Shown here piece after piece: positions 53,441-63,414 of a DNA stretch of 64,000 nt; position 1 is the first letter of the stretch; every line of letters starts with the position of its first letter. Position numbers and translations under genes: made by a program. The DNA is from an uncultured delta proteobacterium (lineage in GTDB: Bacteria > Desulfobacterota > Binatia > UBA9968), in contig CAVUZH010000013.1 of NCBI GenBank assembly GCA_963745835.1, positions 128,001-192,000 of the forward strand, read 5' to 3'. The notes beneath the pieces were generated by a model, which saw only the letters and a list, made by a program, of their open reading frames with translations, did not search any database and was not told where the DNA came from.

Positions 53441-53606
53441 AAGCGGCAAACAGAAATAACAACGTTCGGCTTTCCATTTTCAGCTTTCGTGCTCTCATAC
53501 CGTGCCATCAAGAAGAAACGAACATTTGATCAAGCCAAAGGTAGAAGATTGCGTTGTTCTTCGACCGAGGCGTGATTTCCGCTTTCAGTTTTCAGCTTTC
53601 ATATTT
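53420..53606. repeat. Heptamer-type (TTTCAGC/GCTGAAA) short inverted tandem repeats
   Basis: GGATGAAAGCGGAAGGATGAAAGCGG ... TTTCCGCTTTCAGTTTTCAGCTTTCAT; similar at 55659-55732. Confidence 0.55.
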
Positions 53607-53615
53607 GGAGATTAA

Positions 53616-55670
53616 ATGTCCTACGCCATCGCCGTCGATATCGGCGGCACGTTTACTGATTTAGTTGCTTTCGATCATCAAACTCAAAAAGTGACGTACG
53701 CCAAAAGCCCGACCAACTACGACAACTTGGTTGAAGGCATCCTCGATTGTTTCAATAAAGCCGCTATCAGGCCCGCGGAAGCTTCCCTGGTCAATCACGG
53801 CACGACCTTGGTGATTAATTCCTTGATACAACGTAAGGGCGCGAAGACCGCACTGGTGACCAGCAAAGGGTTTCGCGACATTCTGGAAATTGCCCGCGGC
53901 AACCGGCCCGATCCGTTCGATTTGCATTACCAGCGCGACGAGCCCTTGATTCCGCGGGAGCTTCGCCTGGAAGTTCCGGAGCGAATGAGCAGCAAAGGGG
54001 AAGTTATCACGCCCCTCGATTCAAAGACGCTGGAGAAACTTGCCGCCGAAATCAAGACGCTCGATATCGAGTCGCTGGCGATCTTCTTCATGAACTCGTA
54101 TATCAATCCGGCGCATGAGGAAGCCGCAGCCGCGAAGCTGAAAGAACTGTTGCCTGACACTTACGTGACCTTCAGCACTGATTTGACACGCGAGTGGTAC
54201 GAGTACGAGCGCTGTTCGACGGTCGCCGCCAACGCCTATGTCGGACCGCAAGTCAGCAGTTACATCGGACAACTCGATCAAGATCTCAAAAGTCAGGGCT
54301 TCAACGGCGCGCTCTTCATGATGGGCTCCAACGGCGGACTGCTGTCTGCCGAACGCACCTGCCGCCAACCCATTGGCTTGGTGGAATCCGGTCCCATCGG
54401 CGGTTGCATCGGCGCCAGCGCCTATGCGGAGAAGCTGGGCTTCAACAATGTCGTCGCCTTCGATATGGGCGGCACCACTGCCAAATGCGCTCTGGTTGAA
54501 AACGGCCGCTTTTCGGTCAATTCCGTTTACTACGCCAACGGCTATGTAAAAGGGTTCCCTATTAAATCGGCGGTCATCGATATCGTCGAAGTCGGCTCCG
54601 GCGGCGGCTCCATTGCTTGGATCGATTCGCAAAATCGCCTGCATGTCGGTCCGCAAAGCGCCGGCTCAACACCCGGTCCGGTCTGTTACGGCCGCGGCGG
54701 CACCGAGCCGACGGTCACGGATGCCAACTTAATTCTTGGGCGCTTGAACGCCGGCAACTTTCTCGGCGGCGAAATGGCGCTCGATGCAAAAGCCGCTGAG
54801 GCGGCGATCGAAGAGCGTGTCGCCAAGCCATTGGGGTACGCCGGACAAAGCGGCGCAATCCAGATGGCTGACGGCATTATCTCGATTGCGACGGTGATCA
54901 TGGCCGGCGCGATACGGAAGGTTTCCGTCGAGCATGGCCTCGACCCGCGCGATTTTATTCTCTTCAGCTATGGCGGCGGCGGACCGCTGCATGCTTGCGC
55001 CCTGGCGCATGAGCTTTACATACCGGAAGTAGTAATACCTCCGGAACCCGGAAACTTTTCCGCCATCGGTATGTTATTGGCCGATGCCCGTATCGATACA
55101 TCGAAAACTTTCGTTGGAATTTTAGACGATAAGACCATCACGACCATGGCGGAGATTTTCGCGGCCTTGGAAAAAGATGCGGCGGTGGCGCTTGCCGCTG
55201 AGTTTAGCAGCAGCGAAACATTTTTCGAACATCACGCCGAGATGCGCTTCCGCGGCCAACGACATAACATCAAGGTTCCGGTTTCGGGTCTTAAGGACGT
55301 TCAGCAGATCCGCGCCGCCTTCGAACGCGACTATAAGCGCCGCTATGGCCACGCTGACGCCAAAGCGCCGGCGGAATTTCAAGCGTTGCATCTCTCTGCC
55401 TTCGCAAGGTTGAAGCAACCGCAGATTGCTCGGCTACCCCGCGCGGCAATCAAAGCCCAGCCGGCGCAGAAGCGGCGCGTCTATATAGGAAGCGCCGGCG
55501 GCTGGGCCGATGCGCAGATTTATAGCCGCGATGCGCTGGAACCGGGCTTCAGCGGCACAGGCCCAGCGGTAATCGAAGAGTACGGCTCGACCACGCTGGT
55601 CTGGCCCGGCGATAACTTTGAGATTGGCGAACTGCATGAGATCAGAATCAAAATCAAAGCTGAAAGATGA
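53616..55670 (+). CDS. Hydantoinase A/oxoprolinase family protein
   Basis: VDIGGTFTDL, HGTT, ESGP, DMGGTT, GSGGGSIA, SAGSTPGPVCYGRGG, PTVTDAN. Confidence 0.96.
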   Translation: MSYAIAVDIGGTFTDLVAFDHQTQKVTYAKSPTNYDNLVEGILDCFNKAAIRPAEASLVNHGTTLVINSLIQRKGAKTALVTSKGFRDILEIARGNRPDPFDLHYQRDEPLIPRELRLEVPERMSSKGEVITPLDSKTLEKLAAEIKTLDIESLAIFFMNSYINPAHEEAAAAKLKELLPDTYVTFSTDLTREWYEYERCSTVAANAYVGPQVSSYIGQLDQDLKSQGFNGALFMMGSNGGLLSAERTCRQPIGLVESGPIGGCIGASAYAEKLGFNNVVAFDMGGTTAKCALVENGRFSVNSVYYANGYVKGFPIKSAVIDIVEVGSGGGSIAWIDSQNRLHVGPQSAGSTPGPVCYGRGGTEPTVTDANLILGRLNAGNFLGGEMALDAKAAEAAIEERVAKPLGYAGQSGAIQMADGIISIATVIMAGAIRKVSVEHGLDPRDFILFSYGGGGPLHACALAHELYIPEVVIPPEPGNFSAIGMLLADARIDTSKTFVGILDDKTITTMAEIFAALEKDAAVALAAEFSSSETFFEHHAEMRFRGQRHNIKVPVSGLKDVQQIRAAFERDYKRRYGHADAKAPAEFQALHLSAFARLKQPQIARLPRAAIKAQPAQKRRVYIGSAGGWADAQIYSRDALEPGFSGTGPAVIEEYGSTTLVWPGDNFEIGELHEIRIKIKAER

Positions 55671-55732
55671 AAGCGGAAATGGCTCAAAAACGACCGGCTT
55701 TCTTTCAGCTTTCCGCTTTCAGCTTTCATCCT
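55659..55732. repeat. Heptamer-type inverted tandem repeats
   Basis: GCTGAAAGATGAAAGCGGAAA ... TTTCAGCTTTCCGCTTTCAGCTTTCATCC. Confidence 0.55.
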
Positions 55733-55750
55733 TAAGCTCTTATCGGTGAT

Positions 55751-57466
55751 ATGCTGATGAAAGCAAAGGCAGAGCTCACAGCACCGCAGCCACCCGTCGA
55801 TCCCATCACCCTCGAAGTCATCCGTCACGGCATCGTTTCGATCACCGACCAAATCGACGCGAACATCGCCCGCACGGCCTTTAGCCCTTACATATACGAG
55901 TACAAAGATTTCGCCGTTGGGCTGGTAAGTGCGGATGGTGATCTCATCGCCCAATGCACCGGCGGTATGCCGGTCTTCGTTGCCGACTCGGTCGGCATGG
56001 CGGTGCGCGATGGCCTTGCCGTCTATGGCCGTGAACGCTTGCAGCATGGTGATGTGCTCTTGTGCAATCACGCGGCGATTCAAGGACAGCACTTGAACAA
56101 CACCGTTATGTATACGCCTATTTACGCCGGTGCCGGCAGTGGCAGCCTGATTGGCTTTTTCGCCATCAATGTCCATTGGATCGATATCGGCGGCGTCACG
56201 CCGCGCTCCAGCGATATTTTCATGGAAGGTTTGCAGTTGCGCTCGATCAAACTGTGGTCGGAGGGCGAACCGATTCAAGAGGTGTATCGGATCATCGAAA
56301 ACAACACGCGCTTTCCAGTGGAGCTTCTAGGCGACATCGCGGCGCAGCATGCAGGTTGTATTCTCGGTCGCGATCTAACGCAAAGCTTGGCCGAGAAGTA
56401 CGGCGTCGAGACTTTCTTAACAGTGGTAAAAGCCATGCTCGATCAGAGCGAAGCCGCGGCGCGTGAGCGCATCCGCCGCATACCGGACGGCCAATACAGC
56501 TATGAAACATTTTTCGATAATGACGGCGAAACCGATGATGCGCTGCCGATTCGAGTCAAAGTAATTATTGAAGGCGACGAGATCACCGTCGACTATTCGG
56601 GGATTGCCGAGCAGGTGCGCGGCTGCATCAATTCGGGATATTACGGCGGCGGGCGCACCACGGCGCGGGTTGCGTTCAAGTATCTAATCGCCAACGATGA
56701 GCCCGCCAACGAAGGCACTTTTCGGCCGCTCAAACTGATTCTTCCCGAGGGCAAAATCTTGAGCGCCCATCCAACGGCGCCGATGGGAAATTATTCGCAG
56801 CCGTTTCCAACGGTGATCGATGCGATTATCAAAGCTTTGGAGCATGCCCTGCCCGAGCGGGTCACCGGCGCGCATTTCGGAACTTTCTCGGGCGTACGTT
56901 TTCGTGGCAAGCGCGACAACGGCGCTCCGTTCGATTGTCATGACAGCGGTCACGGCGGCTGGGGCGCCTGCGCGACTCACGACGGCGCCGGCCCGTTTCG
57001 CACGATGGCGCACGGCGACACGCGCATCATTCCCGTGGAACTTCAGGAGTCAATGTATCCTTATCGCATCGTCGAGTTCTCACTACGTGAAAATTCGGGC
57101 GGGCCCGGCAGATTTCGCGGCGGCCTTGGCTATCGCAAACGATACGAAATCCTCGGCCACTGCGACCTCCAGGCGATGTTCGATCGGGTCAAGTATCCGC
57201 CATGGGGAGTGCATGGCGGCAAAGCAGGCCAATCAGGGCAGATCACCGTGATCAAAAAATCCGGCGATCAGGAAATCCTCTACAAGAGTAAAGCTTATCC
57301 GTTGGAACCTGGCGATTCGATCATCGTTGAGACCGGCGGCGGCGGCGGCTACGGCTCGCCCCATGAACGCAAGCGCGAATTGCTTGAACGCGATCTGCGG
57401 CGCGGTTATGTATCCGTAGAAGCCGCTCGGCGCGATTACGGAATTGCCATCGAGCGGACTCGCTAG
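55751..57466 (+). CDS. Hydantoinase B/oxoprolinase family protein (second paralog)
   Basis: Same motifs as 51683-53440, with long identical peptide stretches. Confidence 0.95.
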   Translation: MLMKAKAELTAPQPPVDPITLEVIRHGIVSITDQIDANIARTAFSPYIYEYKDFAVGLVSADGDLIAQCTGGMPVFVADSVGMAVRDGLAVYGRERLQHGDVLLCNHAAIQGQHLNNTVMYTPIYAGAGSGSLIGFFAINVHWIDIGGVTPRSSDIFMEGLQLRSIKLWSEGEPIQEVYRIIENNTRFPVELLGDIAAQHAGCILGRDLTQSLAEKYGVETFLTVVKAMLDQSEAAARERIRRIPDGQYSYETFFDNDGETDDALPIRVKVIIEGDEITVDYSGIAEQVRGCINSGYYGGGRTTARVAFKYLIANDEPANEGTFRPLKLILPEGKILSAHPTAPMGNYSQPFPTVIDAIIKALEHALPERVTGAHFGTFSGVRFRGKRDNGAPFDCHDSGHGGWGACATHDGAGPFRTMAHGDTRIIPVELQESMYPYRIVEFSLRENSGGPGRFRGGLGYRKRYEILGHCDLQAMFDRVKYPPWGVHGGKAGQSGQITVIKKSGDQEILYKSKAYPLEPGDSIIVETGGGGGYGSPHERKRELLERDLRRGYVSVEAARRDYGIAIERTR

Positions 57467-57649
57467 TTCCGATCGACCCGCTGTCACCAATCAGGAATGA
57501 AACACCGAACCGATCGAATATCTTCAGCTCGCCGGTGCCCCGGTAACTACCGAGTAAGACGTGAACTTCCTCAGTTTGATCTCTTCGACCTTACCTTGCG
57601 CACCGACTGTCCACACAATCTCGGCTAAGCAGTGAATTAAGGATTCGCC

Positions 57650-58651
57650 ATGAAACGAGAAAGAATATCAACTAACTTGATTATGATTTCCTTCTTCAGC
57701 GGAACTTTATTACTGGTTAATTTCCATCGGACCGCGTCCGCCCAAGAACCGCCGACGAAAATACGCATTTCCAACTCCGCACTGAGCGTAACCGCTTTGC
57801 CGCTGGTCGCCGCGCGCGAATGGAACTTTTTTCGTGAACAGGGATTGCAGTCCGAGATCATCATGATGAACCCCGCGATTTCGAACCCGGCGATTGCGGC
57901 CGGCGAGATCGACTATGTCGCCGGCGTCGGGCCCGGCTCCGTGGCAGCTACTTTGGCGGGACTGCCGCTGCGAGCGGTGTGGTTTTCTTCCAATCGGATA
58001 TCCTATTTTGTAACGACTTCGCCGCAAAACAAGTCTCTTCAAGATCTAAAAGGAAAAAAAATCGGCATCACCGGCGGCATAGGCGGGACCAATCACGTCG
58101 CGTTGGTCGTCGCCCTCGAGAAGCTGGGATTCAATCCCAAGGATTTCATCATTCTGACGACGCCCACGCCCGAGCTGCTCCGGTCTTTGGAGTCGGGATT
58201 TGTCGACGCTGCCTCGCTCAATCCACCAACGGTGTTTTTTGCCCAGCGAAAGGGGTTTCACCGGGTGCTGGATATCGGCTCTTTAGTAGAGATGCCAGGC
58301 GGCGGTTTAACGACCTTGATCAAAACCATTACGAGCAAACCGGATGAAGTCAGAAAAGTGATTCGCGCACTGCAAACGGCTAAGGACGCAATCCGAAAAT
58401 CAAAAGATAAAACCCTCGAGCTCATGGTTCGTGCACTGAAGATGGATCGCGACATCGCCTCCTCGACTTACGATGTTTATCTCACCAGCCTGAGCATCGA
58501 TGGGGTGCCTGCGCGCGAAGGCATGAACAACCTGGTTCGGTCCGTCAAATCACAGGCACGCTTTGCCGACCGAAACGTATCCTTCGAAGAGGTCGCTGAC
58601 GACAGTCTGGCCAAGGAAGTGGCAAAGGAGCTTGGGTACAAAGTGAAGTAA
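57650..58651 (+). CDS. ABC substrate-binding protein (NMT1/SsuA-like), paralog 3
   Basis: RISNSA, GVGPGS, VEMPGGGLTTLIKTI, AKELGYK. Confidence 0.9.
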   Translation: MKRERISTNLIMISFFSGTLLLVNFHRTASAQEPPTKIRISNSALSVTALPLVAAREWNFFREQGLQSEIIMMNPAISNPAIAAGEIDYVAGVGPGSVAATLAGLPLRAVWFSSNRISYFVTTSPQNKSLQDLKGKKIGITGGIGGTNHVALVVALEKLGFNPKDFIILTTPTPELLRSLESGFVDAASLNPPTVFFAQRKGFHRVLDIGSLVEMPGGGLTTLIKTITSKPDEVRKVIRALQTAKDAIRKSKDKTLELMVRALKMDRDIASSTYDVYLTSLSIDGVPAREGMNNLVRSVKSQARFADRNVSFEEVADDSLAKEVAKELGYKVK

Positions 58652-59056
58652 TATGAGAATGATTACTGCACACGCTTTCCAAGCACGAGGACTCGCATCA
58701 GGAATGCCATCTTTCTAAGTACGTTTGCCTGCTCTGTTTAGTTTGAGCAGGCGCTAATACTCAGGGGATGAAGAAGATTCGCATAGGCTCTCGATGTATT
58801 GGCATTCGCAGGCCATAGCTTGGTTGCTAGAAGCGAAGGTTTTAATGAACATTCAGGCAATCCAAAGATTAGACGAGCACAACCGAAAACCACGATTTGG
58901 TTACACTTATGCCAAGATCAACGAGATCCATCAAGAACATTAAGGGCGAATAAGACCCGACCATACCCTTTCTTGTTACCTTTCCAAAGCGGAACCGGCA
59001 CAGTCCCCTTCCTTTTACCTTGACTCTGATCTCTCATTATCGATATAGCAGCGGCC

Positions 59057-59602
59057 ATGGCTGCTTATGAGGCGGGGCTAGCGTCTTTGATAGGAGGGTT
59101 AGTGGGCGGTTGGGTTGCTTACCTGTTCAGTCTCCGCAAGCTCATGGTCGAGCGGAAGAGTGAGTTCGTAAAACGACAGCTATCGGAACTGTATTCGCCA
59201 CTTGCCGCCACTCAAAAACACATCCGTGGTAAAAGCGCACTTCGATTTAAAATTTCCGGAGAGCTGGACAAGATGGAAGAAGGACCGGTTCGGTTTGAGG
59301 CGCGGAAGACTTCTGTCAGCTACAACAATAAGGAGCTCTCCGAAGAACTGATACCGCTCTATCAGAAAATGCTCGACGTTTTTACGGAGAAGTACTGGTT
59401 AGCCGATGCCGACACCCGTTCTTTCTACCAAGAGTTTTTGGAGTACGTTGAACTTTGGAAGCGGCCAATCCCGCCGGACATCGGTGAGGCTATCGGGCAC
59501 GATGAGAGCCAGCTTGAGGCCTTCTACCAACACCTAGAGATCAAATTAAGTGACCTCCAGAACCAGATCAAAGACGAATACTTTTGGCGACAGAACATCT
59601 AA
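59057..59602 (+). CDS. Hypothetical protein with N-terminal TM and helical domain
   Basis: TM 5-27, QLSELYSPL motif, 181 aa. Confidence 0.65.
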   Translation: MAAYEAGLASLIGGLVGGWVAYLFSLRKLMVERKSEFVKRQLSELYSPLAATQKHIRGKSALRFKISGELDKMEEGPVRFEARKTSVSYNNKELSEELIPLYQKMLDVFTEKYWLADADTRSFYQEFLEYVELWKRPIPPDIGEAIGHDESQLEAFYQHLEIKLSDLQNQIKDEYFWRQNI

Positions 59603-59805
59603 ATGGAGGAGTATGTCATAGATTGTTCCGGTTGGACTAGGTTGCCGAATCTTCGCCAGTCGCCTGGTAAAACTGTGAAATAGATTTGGGCTTTTCCCGA
59701 CGATCACAATATTTTTTCTTGATGCCGGCACCCGCTCGCGATAATTTTGCGGCTGCTGTTTGACAGATTTTTCGAGCTATCGACGCGGCGAGACCGGGAG
59801 GCGAC

Positions 59806-60804
59806 ATGACTTTTACATTGAGCAAAATCGACACACTCTTGCTTGCGCTGGTGGCGTTTCTCTGCTCATTTTTCGCCACCCAACCAATTTTCGGCGCAGA
59901 CAAGATACGCATCGCCTATACTTCGCCGGGCCCACAGCATGGTGTTCTCTGGATCGGTGATGTCGCTGGAGTGTTTAAGAAAAACAATCTGGACCTCGAG
60001 ATCATTTACATGCCGGGAAACATCTCGATGGGATCGCTGATATCCGGCGAGCTCAATTTCGGGCAGATGACCGGCGCGCTCATGTCACCGGCCCGGCTGC
60101 AAGGAAGCGATGTCGTAATGCTGGTCAGCATCCAAGAGTTGCTTGACGATCGCTTGGTGGTCCGGCCCAACATCAAGACGCCGGAAGAGCTTAAGGGCAA
60201 ACGCATCGCGGTTTCCCGTTTTGGCGCCGCTTCGCATATGCGCGTGCTCAATATGTTGCCGCGCTTCGGCTTGACCGATAAAGACATTACCTTTTTGCAG
60301 ATCGGTGACACGCCGGCGCGGATCATCGCTATGGTGGGAAACTCAGCGGACGCATCGAGCTTCTCACCCCCCGATCATCTCGCCGCAGTTCAATCCGGCA
60401 TGCGGGTCCTGCTCAACATGGCCGAGCTGAACATTTATTATCAAGGCACCGGATTGGTGGCATCGCAGCGTTACATTGCGAAGAATCGCGACATCGCCAA
60501 GCGCATGGTGAAAAGCTATGTGGACACAATTCATATCGTGAAAACCAACCCGGAGCTGGCCAAGCGGGCATTCGTCAAATACCGCAAGACCAAAGACGAG
60601 AAGCAGCTGGAAGATGCCTATCAGACCTTGCTAGAAATCGTTAAACCCAAACCTTATCCCAACCTGGAATCGTTCAAGACCATCTTCAAAGATGTCAGCG
60701 ATCGGCTGCCGGCCGCCAGGACGGCAAATGCGAAGGAATTCGTTGACACGAGCTTTCTCGAAGAGCTGGATAAATCCGGGTATATCGACGGGCTCTACCG
60801 CTGA
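59806..60804 (+). CDS. ABC substrate-binding protein (NMT1/SsuA-like)
   Basis: ELKGKRIAVSRFG, FVDTSFLEELDKSGYID. GGAGG RBS. Confidence 0.92.
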   Translation: MTFTLSKIDTLLLALVAFLCSFFATQPIFGADKIRIAYTSPGPQHGVLWIGDVAGVFKKNNLDLEIIYMPGNISMGSLISGELNFGQMTGALMSPARLQGSDVVMLVSIQELLDDRLVVRPNIKTPEELKGKRIAVSRFGAASHMRVLNMLPRFGLTDKDITFLQIGDTPARIIAMVGNSADASSFSPPDHLAAVQSGMRVLLNMAELNIYYQGTGLVASQRYIAKNRDIAKRMVKSYVDTIHIVKTNPELAKRAFVKYRKTKDEKQLEDAYQTLLEIVKPKPYPNLESFKTIFKDVSDRLPAARTANAKEFVDTSFLEELDKSGYIDGLYR

Positions 60805-60819
60805 GCTTGGCGCGAACGC

Positions 60820-60856
60820 AAAAAAGCCGCCGTGCATTTTACGCACGGCGGCTTTT
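60820..60856. terminator. Bidirectional rho-independent terminator
   Basis: AAAAAAGCCGCCGTGC attttac GCACGGCGGCTTTT between convergent genes. Confidence 0.88.
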
Positions 60857-60873
60857 CGAAATACATCGTTTGT

Positions 60874-61929
60874 CTATTGACCCAGCAACTTTTTGATCCG
60901 CGCGATGATTTCAGGCGGCTGGTTCATCGCATCTTTGACGATTTTTTCCAGCTCTTCGCCCGGCGATGGATCGAGCTCGAACTTTCGTTTTTCCAACTCG
61001 GCTAGGAATTCCTTATCCTCCATCGTCTTGTTGAAAGCATCGCGCAAAATTTTCACGCGATCCGCCGGAACCCCCGGCGTGGCCAGCATCGGCCGGCCTA
61101 GCGCGCCGGATGCCAACATCACAGTGGCGAGACGCCGGCTCGCTTCCGGCGTTTTATACTTGTCCATGAGCTCCCATATGGTCTCGGTATCGGGCAGCTT
61201 GCTATCGCGCTTCTTGCCGGTTTGGATAATGTTGCGAACAAAACCCTTCTTGCGCCAGGTATGATAGGGCTCGCGTGAAAAAAACGCCTCAATGGTAAAA
61301 GCGCGGCACTGGATTTCGCCTCTCTCCACCGCCAAATCGATTTCCGGCCCCCCGGGATAACCCTGCACCAGGTTGAACTTTGTGCCGATCACTTCCTCAA
61401 ACAGCTTCGGCACGTAGTAGGCCGTGTCCGATGTTCCCTGCGCTCCGCAGCGTGGCGGTTCCTTGGCGTTGCGCACATCATCCATCGTTTTGTAGGGAGT
61501 GTCGGCGCGCATATACATCTGCAACTCTCCCTGCACCGGGGAACCGATCCAGACAAATTTGGCCCAATCGTATTGGGCTTCCTTGCGCCCGACCAGTTGG
61601 TCGAAATACAACGTCGGCACGATCGAACCGATTAAGCTCAAGCCATCCGGCTTGGTTGTTTTATAAACATAGTTCGCTGCGATCATATGGCCAGCGCCAG
61701 GCATATTCTGCACGATCACGTTCGGGTTGCCGGGAATGTGCTTGACCATATGGGTTGCGAGAATGCGTCCCCATTGATCATAGAGCGCACCCGCGGTCGT
61801 GCCGATGTATACGGTGATGGTTTTGCCTTTATAAAAATCACTCTGCGCCAATGCTGGAGCAGCCGATAACAAACTCGCGAGCAAGGCGCCGGCCAAGGAA
61901 GCCAAAACAGAACGCTTGACTGAATTCAT
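60874..61929 (-). CDS. Tripartite tricarboxylate transporter substrate-binding protein (Bug/TctC)
   Basis: FYKGKTITVYIG, HIPGNPNVIVQNMPGAG, GYPGG, LAVERGE. Confidence 0.92.
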   Translation of the reverse strand: MNSVKRSVLASLAGALLASLLSAAPALAQSDFYKGKTITVYIGTTAGALYDQWGRILATHMVKHIPGNPNVIVQNMPGAGHMIAANYVYKTTKPDGLSLIGSIVPTLYFDQLVGRKEAQYDWAKFVWIGSPVQGELQMYMRADTPYKTMDDVRNAKEPPRCGAQGTSDTAYYVPKLFEEVIGTKFNLVQGYPGGPEIDLAVERGEIQCRAFTIEAFFSREPYHTWRKKGFVRNIIQTGKKRDSKLPDTETIWELMDKYKTPEASRRLATVMLASGALGRPMLATPGVPADRVKILRDAFNKTMEDKEFLAELEKRKFELDPSPGEELEKIVKDAMNQPPEIIARIKKLLGQ

Positions 61930-61960
61930 CGCAGATCCTCCTGAAGCGGAACTAACTAAC

Positions 61961-62115
61961 CTAACAGTTTGCTGAAAACTCTGGTTGCAGGCTGCTCAAA
62001 AAGATCCTAAGGCGAGGCGCGCGAGAAATCGACGAGCTAAGGCGTACTTAGAGTACGTTGCAGCGAGGCGATTGAGCGCAACGAAGCATATGGGTCCTTT
62101 TCAGCAGCCTGCTAA
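61961..62115. mobile_element. ~155-bp MITE, copy 3
   Basis: CTAACAGTTTGCTGAAAA...TGCAGGCTGCTCAAAAAGATCC...TTTTCAGCAGCCTGCTAA. Confidence 0.85.
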
Positions 62116-62374
62116 ACTAAATTGATGACGGTGTACGTTAACATGGACGACAAACCTGTCAAGGATCGGATATCACCGCCTCAAGGCATCGTCGAACTGA
62201 ATGACATTCAATACGCCTCCCGAACCTCGAGACGAACAACGCGCAATAATGACTGTAATTTTTCCGGTGCAGAAAGTTTTTTTCCTCATCGCCGTCACGT
62301 CAATCGAATATTTTTTATAGACGAAATTTACTTTCGATATTAACATACGGCCAAAAATTTAAACGGAGGAATTC

Positions 62375-63190
62375 ATGGCGAAATTCGCATTGTGCATTGG
62401 TATTAATGATTATCCAGGAACAGGAAGCGATCTGTCCGGCTGTGTCAACGATGTTCGAGACTGGAGCGTCCTGCTTCAGAAGAAGGGATTTGCCGTTCTG
62501 CAGATCATTGATAAGAAGGCAACCGGCAAAAATATTCGAAGCGCCATCGAATCGACGATCGGCGGAGCAAAAAGCGGCGATGCCGTCATCATTCAATACT
62601 CCGGACATGGATCGTATGTGCCGGATGAAAACGGCGACGAACCGGATGGCACCGACGAATGTATCTGCCCCTATGACATCAATTCAAAAGGTCCGATTAC
62701 CGATGACGAGCTCTTCGAACTCTATAGCAGCAAGAAGACCGGCGTTAAGCTCCTGGTAATTTCAGATTCCTGCCATTCGGGAACCGTCGCGAAGTTCGCG
62801 CCCATCACCACCCCGCCGACGATTAAAGGAAGGGGCGCGCCCACTCGCAAAGTGCGCTTCTTGCCGCCGGCAACTTTCTTATCAAAACGCGACATCGGCA
62901 AACTCGGCATCGGCCGCGGCTTACGCCGTTCCGCTCCTCCAGGACGTTATGCAGCGCTCCTGATGGCTGGTTGCCAGGATACCGAATATAGCTATGACGC
63001 TTCCTTTCAGGGGCGTCCCAACGGCGCCTTCACATTCGTCGCGATCCGCGCGCTCTCCGGTCTCTCGCCCAAGGCGAGCTACAAGCAATGGTATCAGGCC
63101 ATTCGCAAAGCGCTTCCTTCACAGCAATATCCGCAGTCGCCCAATCTCTATGGCACTTCGCGTATGAAGGCATGGAAGATATTGGCGTAG
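62375..63190 (+). CDS. Metacaspase (peptidase C14)
   Basis: ALCIGINDYP, LSGCVND, catalytic YSGHG and SDSCHSG, QSPNL. GGAGG RBS. Confidence 0.95.
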   Translation: MAKFALCIGINDYPGTGSDLSGCVNDVRDWSVLLQKKGFAVLQIIDKKATGKNIRSAIESTIGGAKSGDAVIIQYSGHGSYVPDENGDEPDGTDECICPYDINSKGPITDDELFELYSSKKTGVKLLVISDSCHSGTVAKFAPITTPPTIKGRGAPTRKVRFLPPATFLSKRDIGKLGIGRGLRRSAPPGRYAALLMAGCQDTEYSYDASFQGRPNGAFTFVAIRALSGLSPKASYKQWYQAIRKALPSQQYPQSPNLYGTSRMKAWKILA

Positions 63191-63239
63191 AGCTTCTGGC
63201 AACACTCGGATGCCGATTGCCGTGAGATCTAACGGTGCG

Positions 63240-63368
63240 CTCAATCGCATTGGCACATTCGTGTTCGTGTTTTCGTGTTCGTGCTCGTTCAGAATTCTCG
63301 ATCACGTTTTCACTGACACGAGCACGACGTTCCGTGTCGCCTTTGAGGCTTTTTGAGCAGCGTGTGAT
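63240..63368. repeat. Hexamer (TTCGTG/CACGAG) repeat-bearing MITE-like element
   Basis: TTCGTGTTCGTGTTTTCGTGTTCGTGCTCG...CACGAGCACGAC; core shared with ~1008-1043. Confidence 0.5.
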
Positions 63369-63414
63369 CAGAATAAACTGTTAGTCAACTCTGATCGACA
63401 GAAGGATTTAAAAG

